Positions 56,390 to 64,000 of a stretch of DNA of 64,000 bases are shown in pieces. The position numbers and the translations under genes are program-made. Origin of the DNA: an uncultured Gammaproteobacteria bacterium (GTDB taxonomy: Bacteria; Patescibacteriota; Patescibacteriia; Patescibacteriales; UBA12465); contig CAYXNV010000001.1 of assembly GCA_964466835.1 (NCBI GenBank), positions 7,870-71,869 of the forward strand, in the 5' to 3' direction. Below the pieces are notes generated by a model. It had not been told where the DNA came from, made no database searches, and saw only the letters and a list, made by a program, of their open reading frames with translations. Numbering within the stretch: the stretch's first letter is position 1; each line of letters opens with the position of its first letter.

Positions 56390-57265
56390 CTATTTTAGAT
56401 TATACTTCTTTATGCTATCTTTAGCTAGTTTTTGAATAGCTAAAATAGAACTATTTTTTAAATGCTTGAAACGTCCTTGTTTTTTTAGATATTCATTAAC
56501 AGATTTAGCTTTAAAATTAAGAGTAATACTAGAAGATGTTAATTGGCCATTAGTATATTCTAATAATGGATATAGTCCAGTTTGAACAGCTAGTTTTCCC
56601 ATTAAAACTGCTTCATTGCTATTAATTTCCCAGCCAGGCACGCAAGGAGAAAGTATCTGAATATAGGCTGGACCTTTAATGGTTAAAGCTTTTTTTACTT
56701 TATTAGTAATGTCATCAGGAAAACCAGCTGTACTTTGAGCAACATATTTAACGCCATGAGCCAAAGCAATCTCTAGCATATCCTTTTTTCTTTGGGTAGA
56801 ACCAATTGCTTTTAATCCATCAGGAGTAGTAGTAGTGCTAGCACCGTAAGGGGTGGCGCCAGAAGCTTGAATGCCAGTATTAGAGTAAGCTTCAGTGTCA
56901 TAGCAAATATATAAGATATTTTCATCTCTTTCCCACATTCCACTAATTAAACCTAGCCCAATATCATAAGTGCCACCATCACCAGCTTGAATTACTACTT
57001 TTGTTTTTTTATTTTTATTATTATCTAAAGCCGCTTTTATTCCTGAGCCAACTGCAGCTGCATTTTCAAATAGAGAATGAATCCAAGGCAAGCCCCAAGC
57101 ACTTTGAGGATGAGCAGTAGTAGTCACTTCTAAACAACCAGTAGCATTGGCGATGATTACATTTTTATTTAATCCCCGCATCACTGCTTGCACGGCCACT
57201 AATTGGCCACAGCCAGCACAAGCATTATGACCAGGGGAGATGAATTGTTTGTTTTTTTGTTTCAT
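56390..57265 (-). CDS. porB: pyruvate/2-oxoacid:ferredoxin oxidoreductase beta subunit (TPP-binding)
   Basis: It contains GHNACAGCGQ and GDGGTYDIGLG. Confidence 0.9.
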   Translation of the reverse strand: MKQKNKQFISPGHNACAGCGQLVAVQAVMRGLNKNVIIANATGCLEVTTTAHPQSAWGLPWIHSLFENAAAVGSGIKAALDNNKNKKTKVVIQAGDGGTYDIGLGLISGMWERDENILYICYDTEAYSNTGIQASGATPYGASTTTTPDGLKAIGSTQRKKDMLEIALAHGVKYVAQSTAGFPDDITNKVKKALTIKGPAYIQILSPCVPGWEINSNEAVLMGKLAVQTGLYPLLEYTNGQLTSSSITLNFKAKSVNEYLKKQGRFKHLKNSSILAIQKLAKDSIKKYNLK

Positions 57266-57271
57266 ATTATT

Positions 57272-58258
57272 TTACCAACTACCCCCGCTAGGTAACTCTT
57301 CATTTTCACAAGTATTTGCCATCGCATTCCCACCTTTACATTGAAAAGGTCCCCATTTAAATTCAATTCCAGCATTAGAATCTTGTCCCTTACATATTGA
57401 TTTGCAAGTTTCTAAACTAATATTATGTCCAGATATTTTTTTATCAGTGCAATTAGTTGTTTCTATTGCTAAGGCAGCTGAACCACTTCTAACTGTACAG
57501 AGACAGCATCCACTGGCAGCGCAATAATCATATATTCCTGAAGATTGAGTAATCATAACAGCATCATTATAAAAAGTGCCTCCACCTGCTTCACAATCTT
57601 CTTGTGAAATGTTTTCTTTAGCATTATCTTTCCCTCCGGGATTATTATATTCACAACAACTGTTGAGAATTATTTTATTTATATCTGAGATTCCTGGTAT
57701 TTTAAAATTAACTAAACTAGGGTTAATAGTATTTAATATTATCCAAGAGCAAAATAAAATGATCAAGCCGATAACACCACCAGCAATTATTCCTTTTGAT
57801 CTAGCAATAATTGTCGGACTACCGCCAGATGTAACCCAGAGATAACCTCCGATCATTACTACAATAGCTGCTAAAATTCCCGCAATTCCCAGACCATAAT
57901 CATAGATTGCCTTTATATATTTACCGATATAACTAATGTCTCTTTCAGTGAATTCAATCGTCTTATCAAAATCAGAATTAGGAATACCAATTTGAGGAGT
58001 ATATTTAATATTGTCACTATTATTATCTTTTATTTTTTGTTCTTCTGCTAACTTTTGAATTTTAGCATATACCTGAATATCAATCGCACAAAGATTAGTA
58101 GATGGATCACAAAAAACTCCTTGTCCAAAGCATTCATAATTATTCTGACAAGGTTGGCCCACATTGGTTTGGGCATTTATACCTAGGGGTAAAATAAATA
58201 GAGAAGTTATTATCAATAACTTACATAAAGAAAATAATTTTATTCTACTATTACCCAT
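57272..58258 (-). CDS. secreted Cys-rich membrane protein with TrbC/VirB2-like hydrophobic hairpin; C-domain unassigned
   Basis: The signal peptide reads ...FILPLGINAQ. The protein has 18 Cys. The hairpin reads IYDYGLGIAGILAAIVVMIGGYLWVTSGG...VIGLIILFCSWIILNTINP. Its start overlaps the porA stop by 8 nt. Confidence 0.6.
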   Translation of the reverse strand: MGNSRIKLFSLCKLLIITSLFILPLGINAQTNVGQPCQNNYECFGQGVFCDPSTNLCAIDIQVYAKIQKLAEEQKIKDNNSDNIKYTPQIGIPNSDFDKTIEFTERDISYIGKYIKAIYDYGLGIAGILAAIVVMIGGYLWVTSGGSPTIIARSKGIIAGGVIGLIILFCSWIILNTINPSLVNFKIPGISDINKIILNSCCEYNNPGGKDNAKENISQEDCEAGGGTFYNDAVMITQSSGIYDYCAASGCCLCTVRSGSAALAIETTNCTDKKISGHNISLETCKSICKGQDSNAGIEFKWGPFQCKGGNAMANTCENEELPSGGSW

Positions 58259-59393
58259 AGAATTTTATTTGATTATTGTTTTTGCTGGCATCTTTGATTA
58301 TTTCAGTGATTATTTTTTTAGTAATATCACGACCGCCTAAGCCAACAATATAATTCTTTATATTTAAATTGTTTTTCACTAGAGATGTTTTAGCATCACC
58401 ATACAGTGGCCCTGCTTGACCAGGACTAATTGCTTTTTCAATTACAGCAATATTTTTTACTCTATTTATTATTTTAGCAACCTCTTCTCTGGGGAAGGGA
58501 CGATATGTTTTTATTTTTAATAGACCAACTTTTTTATAGCTTTTAATTGTTTCTTGAATAGTGCCGGTCATTGATCCCATGGCAATAATAATTGTTCTGG
58601 GGTTTTTAGGACCGATGTATTCAACCAGGCCATCATCATTAGTGTTAATATTAAAAGATTTTTTCATCAATTGGTATTCTTTTTTAATAATTTTTAGACT
58701 AGCAATTAGATCATTATGTAATTGTTCTCTAGTTTCTAAATAGTCATCGGGAGTGAAGAAGGCACCTAAAGTAATTGGTTTTTTAGGATTTAAATAAGTG
58801 CCCAGATTTGGTTTATAATCAGGTAAATATTTTTTAATTAAACTAGAGCTAGGAATAGCCACAGGCTCATAGGAGTGAGTAAGAATAAAGCCATCAACAT
58901 TTACTAAAACAGGTAGTTCTAATTGCTCAGCTATTTTATAAGCTAGAATATGATAATAGGCAGCTTCCTGGTGGTTGCTGGTAAAAAATTGTATCCAACC
59001 AGAATCTCTAATCGCCATAGCATCACTATGGTCATTCCAAATGCTAATTGGAGCAGAAATAGCTCGGTTAGCACAAGTAATAACGACTGGGAGGCGCATA
59101 CCAGAAATATTAAATAAAACCTCAGTCATTAATAATAATCCTTGAGAACTGGTGGCGCTATAAGTACGCGCGCCAGTAGCGCTAGAGCCAAGAACAATTG
59201 AAGCAGCAGCAAATTCACTTTCTGCTCGAACATATTCATAGCTTGTTTTACCATCAGCTTTAAACTTAGCTAAATCTTCCACAATATGAGTTTGAGGGGT
59301 GATAGGGTAGGCGGAAATAACATTAGGTTTAATGTTTTTAATAGTTAGAGCGATTGCTCTTGAGCCTTCTAAAATTTGTAGATTCTTTTTCAT
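58251..59393 (-). CDS. porA: pyruvate/2-oxoacid:ferredoxin oxidoreductase alpha subunit
   Basis: It contains MKKNLQILEGSRAIA...AYPITPQT...SEFAAASIVLGSSATGARTYSATSSQGL. Confidence 0.9.
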   Translation of the reverse strand: MKKNLQILEGSRAIALTIKNIKPNVISAYPITPQTHIVEDLAKFKADGKTSYEYVRAESEFAAASIVLGSSATGARTYSATSSQGLLLMTEVLFNISGMRLPVVITCANRAISAPISIWNDHSDAMAIRDSGWIQFFTSNHQEAAYYHILAYKIAEQLELPVLVNVDGFILTHSYEPVAIPSSSLIKKYLPDYKPNLGTYLNPKKPITLGAFFTPDDYLETREQLHNDLIASLKIIKKEYQLMKKSFNINTNDDGLVEYIGPKNPRTIIIAMGSMTGTIQETIKSYKKVGLLKIKTYRPFPREEVAKIINRVKNIAVIEKAISPGQAGPLYGDAKTSLVKNNLNIKNYIVGLGGRDITKKIITEIIKDASKNNNQIKFYG

Positions 59394-59394
59394 A

Positions 59395-59676
59395 TCAATA
59401 ATCTTTTTTCATGGTTATTGCTTTCACTGGACATTCATTGGCACACAAACCACAGCCTTTACAATATTTATAATTAGTCTTTGGTCGATTATTTTTATTT
59501 ATAATCTTCATTTCAATGCAACCTTCTGGACAAACTTTGACACAATTTTCACAACCAATACATTTTTTATAGTCAGTGATTGGTTTATGGGTACGCCAAG
59601 AGCCAGTTAGATTAGCTAGGGAAGAATTAGCTTTGGTGATCGGTTTTTTTATTTTATTCTTCATAGGCTTGCTCAA
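59395..59676 (-). CDS. porD: pyruvate/2-oxoacid:ferredoxin oxidoreductase delta subunit (2x[4Fe-4S])
   Basis: It carries two cluster motifs: CIGCENCVKVCP and CKGCGLCANECP. Confidence 0.9.
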   Translation of the reverse strand: MSKPMKNKIKKPITKANSSLANLTGSWRTHKPITDYKKCIGCENCVKVCPEGCIEMKIINKNNRPKTNYKYCKGCGLCANECPVKAITMKKDY

Positions 59677-60208
59677 TTGCTTTTATATTCTTCTCTATAA
59701 TTATTTTTCCCTTGTCTTTGAATTTTTCTTTGATAGCTTTTTTTAGTGATTCTAAACTTACTAAGCCAGTTTTTTTAGCAAAGGTGCCAAGGATAACAGT
59801 GTTGACAATATTTTTTTTGAAAATATTCAAAGCAATTGCTGTTGCTGAAGAAAAATATATTTTTTTTGTCTTTATTTTTAGTTCTTTTTTTTCAGAAGCA
59901 TTAATGATTATTTTGGTGTTTTTATTAATTCCTTGAAAAATTTCTGGCATATTGAGTAAAGTGGGGTCTTGGATTATGAGAATAGTTGGTTGATAGATTT
60001 GTTCACGAGTAATAATTTCTTTATCATCAATTCGGGCAAAAGATTGAATTGGAGCACCAGTTCTTTCTACACCAAAATGAGGAAAAGCTTGAGCATATTT
60101 TCCCTCGTAAAAAGCGGCTAGAGCAATTAGTTCGGCCGCAGTTACCACTCCTTGACCACCACGACCATGAATTCTAATTTGTTCCATATTGTTGTAGTAA
60201 TCCTTCAA
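59654..60208 (-). CDS. porG: pyruvate/2-oxoacid:ferredoxin oxidoreductase gamma subunit
   Basis: It contains IRIHGRGGQGVVTAAELIALAA. An alternative start lies at 60187 (MEQIRIHG). Confidence 0.85.
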   Translation of the reverse strand: MKDYYNNMEQIRIHGRGGQGVVTAAELIALAAFYEGKYAQAFPHFGVERTGAPIQSFARIDDKEIITREQIYQPTILIIQDPTLLNMPEIFQGINKNTKIIINASEKKELKIKTKKIYFSSATAIALNIFKKNIVNTVILGTFAKKTGLVSLESLKKAIKEKFKDKGKIIIEKNIKAIEQAYEE

Positions 60209-60932
60209 TTAGCTCTTCAAATTGATCCTCAGTAATATGACCAGTAATACGATAATTATTAATAAACCAAGTTGGCGTTCCTTCAATCTGGAGATTTTCG
60301 CCATCTTCAAAATCAGCCCTAATTGAATTTAAATATTTTTTGTCGTCTAGACAACTATTAAATTGTTCAATATTTAATCCAAGATTTTGAGCCAAAGCTG
60401 ATAACCTTGTTTTTAATTCCTCATCAGTTACCGTTAAATTATCTTGTTCAGCAAATAATTTATCATGCATTGGCCAGAATTTATTTTGTTCACCAGAGCA
60501 GCGAGCAGCTAAAGCTAAATCAATTGAATTTTCATGAAGAGGATAGTCTCGAAAGATAAATTTTATTTCATTCCTATTCTCGGTGACTATATTTTTAATT
60601 ACTTCAGCTGACTTTTGGCAGAAAGGGCAAGCGAAATCAGAAAATTCAACAATTGTTATTTTTGAATTATTAGTTCCCAGGTAATAGGGATTAACACCAA
60701 GAACAGCTTTCTCATAAGCTAATCGTTGATTTAATTGAGTGTTTTGATCTTGACCCTGTCGAATCTTTCTAACTTTATCAACCACATAAAAACTGGAAGT
60801 AACTATTAATATTAACAATAAAGCAGAAATTATTAAGATTAAAAGTCCCCACCATTTCCTATACCAGGGTTTAAGAGTTTTTTTGTGACGCGTTTTCATT
60901 TCCGCGTATTTCATTCTATCTTCTAAGCTCAT
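60174..60932 (-). CDS. membrane-anchored DsbA/thioredoxin-fold thiol:disulfide oxidoreductase
   Basis: It has an N-terminal TM helix (WWGLLILIISALLLILIV) and the CxxC active site FACPFCQ. Its stop overlaps the porG start. Confidence 0.8.
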   Translation of the reverse strand: MSLEDRMKYAEMKTRHKKTLKPWYRKWWGLLILIISALLLILIVTSSFYVVDKVRKIRQGQDQNTQLNQRLAYEKAVLGVNPYYLGTNNSKITIVEFSDFACPFCQKSAEVIKNIVTENRNEIKFIFRDYPLHENSIDLALAARCSGEQNKFWPMHDKLFAEQDNLTVTDEELKTRLSALAQNLGLNIEQFNSCLDDKKYLNSIRADFEDGENLQIEGTPTWFINNYRITGHITEDQFEELIEGLLQQYGTN

Positions 60933-60978
60933 TGTAAAATGATTTAAATTTAATTATACTTTTATTATAACACAAAAT

Positions 60979-61743
60979 ATGAAAATAATCTCTTGGAATG
61001 TTAATGGAATTCGGGCAATTACTAAAAAAGGCTTTAAGAAATTTTTAGATAAAGAAAAGCCAGATATTTTGTGTTTGCAGGAGATAAAAATTTCTGAAAT
61101 AGCTAGATCTAAAACAGAATTTGATTTCTCTGGTTATCAAGAATATTGGAATTCTGCTCAGAGACCAGGTTATAGCGGAACCGCTATTCTAGTTAAAGAT
61201 AAATTTAAAGGAATTTTAGGAGTAAAAAATGGTTTTGGTATTAAAAAATTTGACAATGAAGGCAGGGCGCAGTTTATGGAATTACCCAAATTTTATCTAG
61301 TAAATGTTTATTTTCCCAATGCTAACCATGAATTAAGTCGATTAGGTTATAAAATTGATTTTAATAATAGTTTATTAAAGTATTTAAAAAAAATAGAGAA
61401 GAATAAACCAATTATTATTACTGGGGATTTTAATGTTGCTCACCAGGAAATAGACTTGGCTCGACCCAAAGAAAATATAGGCAATCCTGGTTTTACCACA
61501 GAAGAAAGAAATTGGATGTCAAAACTTCTTCAGGCTAATTATATTGATACTTTTCGGGAGTTAAATGGTGATAAAATTCAATACTCTTGGTGGAGTTATC
61601 GTGCCAATGCTAGGGCTCGTAATATTGGTTGGCGGATTGACTATTTCTGTGTTTCCGATAAACTAAAGAATGCGATCAAAAAAGCCTATATTTTAGATAA
61701 AACTAAGGGTTCGGACCATGCGCCCGTAGGTTTAGAAATATAA
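60979..61743 (+). CDS. xth: exodeoxyribonuclease III
   Basis: It contains MKIISWNVNGIRA, LCLQEIK and GSDHAPV. Confidence 0.9.
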   Translation: MKIISWNVNGIRAITKKGFKKFLDKEKPDILCLQEIKISEIARSKTEFDFSGYQEYWNSAQRPGYSGTAILVKDKFKGILGVKNGFGIKKFDNEGRAQFMELPKFYLVNVYFPNANHELSRLGYKIDFNNSLLKYLKKIEKNKPIIITGDFNVAHQEIDLARPKENIGNPGFTTEERNWMSKLLQANYIDTFRELNGDKIQYSWWSYRANARARNIGWRIDYFCVSDKLKNAIKKAYILDKTKGSDHAPVGLEI

Positions 61744-61745
61744 TT

Positions 61746-64000
61746 ATGTATAATCATCAAACAATAGAAAAAAAGTGGCAGGAAAAATGGCGGGAAAGTG
61801 GTTTGTATGAAACCAATCAAGATAATAAAAAGCCAAAATATTATATTTTAGATATGTTCCCATATCCTTCGGGAGCTGGTCTTCATGTTGGCCATCCTAA
61901 GGGATATATTGCTACTGATATTCTAACTAGAATGAGAATGATGCAGGGTTATAATGTTCTACATCCAATGGGTTTTGATGCTTTTGGTTTGCCAACTGAG
62001 AACTATGCTATTGAAAATAAAATTAATCCCAAGAAGGCAGTGGAAAAAAATATAGCTGTTTTTAAAAAGCAGTTAGAAATTTTAGGTTTTTCCTATGACT
62101 GGGACAGGGAAGTAAATACAACCGACCCCGATTATTATAAATGGACCCAATGGACTTTTTTACAGATGTTTAAAAAAGGCTTAGCCTATGAATCTAGTGA
62201 GCCAATTAATTGGTGTCCTTCCTGTCAAACAGGATTAGCTAATGAAGACTTAGAAAATGGTTTGTGTGAGCGTTGTGACAGTGAAGTTGAGCAAAAACCA
62301 ATGCGACAGTGGGTTTTGGAAATAACTAAATATGCCGATCGTCTTTTAGATGATTTGGATAAATTATCAGACTGGGATGAATCAACTAAAGACATGCAAA
62401 GAAATTGGATTGGTCGAAGTGAAGGAGCAGAAATTGATTTTAAAGTTAATAGAACGGACAGAATTTTTTCAGTTTTTACCACTCGCTTAGACACCATCTT
62501 TGGTTGTACCTATGTTGTCTTAGCTCCAGAGCATGAATTAATCCAAGAATTTAAAAATGAAATTACAAACTGGAAAGCAGTTGAAAAATATATAGAAGAA
62601 TGCAAGGATAAAACAGACTTGGAGAGAACCGATCTAAACAAAGAAAAGACAGGAATTTGCTTAAAGGGAACCAAAGCAATTAATCCTTTCAACAATGAAG
62701 AAGTTGATATTTTTATCACTGACTATGTCTTAGCTTCATATGGTACTGGAGCAGTAATGGCTGTGCCAGCTCATGATGAACGTGATTTTGAGTTTGCTAA
62801 TAAGTTCGCTTTACGAATGAAAGCCGTGGTGTTGCCTAAAGGAGAGACAGAATTTGAAGGCGAAGAAGCAATAATTGAAGATGGTATTCTTCATAATTCT
62901 GGTAGCTTTAATGGTTTAGATTCAGTTAAAGCTAGGAAAAAAATGCTTAAATGGTTAGAAAAGGAAAAGCTTGGGCGAAGAAAAGTGAATTATCGAATTA
63001 AAGATTGGGTATTTTCCCGTCAAAGATATTGGGGAGAACCAATCCCAGTTGTCCATTGTGAAAAGTGTGGAGTAGTACCAGTCCCAGAAAAAGATTTACC
63101 AATCACTCTACCCGAAGTAGATAGTTATGAGCCAACTGGAACAGGGGAGTCTCCTTTAGCAGCAATTGAAGATTGGGTTAATACCACTTGTCCTAAATGT
63201 AAGGGGTCAGCTAAACGAGAAACTAATACTATGCCTCAATGGGCTGGATCTTGTTGGTATTATTTGCGCTATATTGATCCTGATAATGATAAGAAATTAG
63301 TTGATAAGAAAAAAGAAAAGTATTGGTCACCGGTTGATTTCTATGTGGGCGGAGCTGAGCATGCTACTCGTCATTTAATTTATGCTCGCTTTTGGCACAA
63401 ATTCCTCTACGATATTAAGGTAGTTAATTATAAAGAGCCATTTACTAAATTAAAACATGTTGGTTTAATAATGGGAGAAGATGGTCGCAAGATGAGCAAA
63501 CGCTGGGGTAATGTTATAAATCCAGATGAAATAGTAATGAAATTTGGGGCTGACTCTATGAGAATCTATGAAATGTTCATGGGCCCATTTGAACAAGCGT
63601 GTAATTGGAACACTAATGGCTTAATTGGTGTCAGAAAATTTTTAGAGAAAATTATTTTGTTAGCAGAAATAGAAAAAGTTGTAGAAGACAAAAAAATAAT
63701 TTCTCTATTACATAAAACAATCAAAAAAGTAACTGAAGATATTGAAAATTTTCATTTTAACACCGCTGTCTCATCTCTAATGATTTTAGTAAACGCAATC
63801 ACTGATTATAAGAACAAAAAACAGGCTTTGCCTTTTGATAAAGAGGTGTTAGCGAAGTTTTTTCAGATTTTAGCACCATTTGCTCCTCATCTCAGTGAAG
63901 AGCTTTGGGAAAAATTAAATACTCAAGAAAGTATTTTTAATTCAAGTTGGCCAGGATATGATCAGGAATTAATAAAAGATGAAGTTGTTAATTTAGTTAT
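61746..64000 (+). CDS. leuS: leucyl-tRNA synthetase (3' end beyond window; not in ORF track)
   Basis: Own translation from ATG 61746 gives MYNHQTIEKKWQEKWRESGLYE...PYPSGAGLHVGHPKGY (HIGH motif). DGRKMSKRWGN (KMSKS motif) lies near 63490. The frame is open to the window end. Confidence 0.9.
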   Translation, partial: MYNHQTIEKKWQEKWRESGLYETNQDNKKPKYYILDMFPYPSGAGLHVGHPKGYIATDILTRMRMMQGYNVLHPMGFDAFGLPTENYAIENKINPKKAVEKNIAVFKKQLEILGFSYDWDREVNTTDPDYYKWTQWTFLQMFKKGLAYESSEPINWCPSCQTGLANEDLENGLCERCDSEVEQKPMRQWVLEITKYADRLLDDLDKLSDWDESTKDMQRNWIGRSEGAEIDFKVNRTDRIFSVFTTRLDTIFGCTYVVLAPEHELIQEFKNEITNWKAVEKYIEECKDKTDLERTDLNKEKTGICLKGTKAINPFNNEEVDIFITDYVLASYGTGAVMAVPAHDERDFEFANKFALRMKAVVLPKGETEFEGEEAIIEDGILHNSGSFNGLDSVKARKKMLKWLEKEKLGRRKVNYRIKDWVFSRQRYWGEPIPVVHCEKCGVVPVPEKDLPITLPEVDSYEPTGTGESPLAAIEDWVNTTCPKCKGSAKRETNTMPQWAGSCWYYLRYIDPDNDKKLVDKKKEKYWSPVDFYVGGAEHATRHLIYARFWHKFLYDIKVVNYKEPFTKLKHVGLIMGEDGRKMSKRWGNVINPDEIVMKFGADSMRIYEMFMGPFEQACNWNTNGLIGVRKFLEKIILLAEIEKVVEDKKIISLLHKTIKKVTEDIENFHFNTAVSSLMILVNAITDYKNKKQALPFDKEVLAKFFQILAPFAPHLSEELWEKLNTQESIFNSSWPGYDQELIKDEVVNLV

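Noticed and set aside
62225-62719. Two minus-strand ORFs (62225-62497 and 62510-62719)
   Set aside because: They are antisense to leuS. leuS is absent from the track only because it has no stop inside the window. The leuS frame carries the HIGH and KMSKS motifs.
1-64000. CRISPR arrays, IS or transposase genes, prophage or integrase genes, rRNA genes, and stop-codon reassignment
   Set aside because: I found no regularly spaced direct repeats and no recombinase- or transposase-like ORF. No rRNA-like sequence is present. All conserved genes are full length with the standard stop codons, so there is no sign of UGA recoding.

Overview
This is an AT-rich, tightly packed bacterial window (A+T judged by eye, not computed). 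I annotate about 60 protein genes and 10 tRNAs. I saw no rRNA, CRISPR array or transposase. The content is mostly housekeeping: adk, HU, RNase Y, infB-rbfA, rpsP/KH/trmD, pnp, rpsO, rpsT, holA-murI-murD-polA, ddl, yebC-ruvC, ftsK, murE, rpoB-rpoC, murJ, lepA, recJ, rnhA, xth and leuS. A fermentative module is also present: a four-subunit pyruvate/2-oxoacid:ferredoxin oxidoreductase plus an ADP-forming acetyl-CoA synthetase. There is also a small alpha-glucan cluster. The gene style suggests a reduced Patescibacteria/CPR-like genome: short intergenic regions, overlapping starts and stops, charged tails on RNA-binding proteins, and pilin-like Cys-rich secreted proteins. That lineage call is an inference. 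All conserved genes are full length under the standard code. Three things deserve the closest look. (1) A minus-strand block at 55346-60932 begins with a DsbA-like gene. In it the por operon is split by, and followed by, two paralogous Cys-rich secreted membrane proteins with a TrbC/VirB2-like hydrophobic hairpin. (2) A roughly 1.17 kb ORF-free, GC-enriched, helix-dense locus lies between polA and ddl (20173-21347). It holds at least three structured-RNA candidates that I cannot assign to a family. (3) A free-standing HTH-LAGLIDADG gene sits inside a tRNA cluster, and its stop codon lies within tRNA-Lys. Several leader structures, consensus promoters and two short ORFs missing from the track are also reported.
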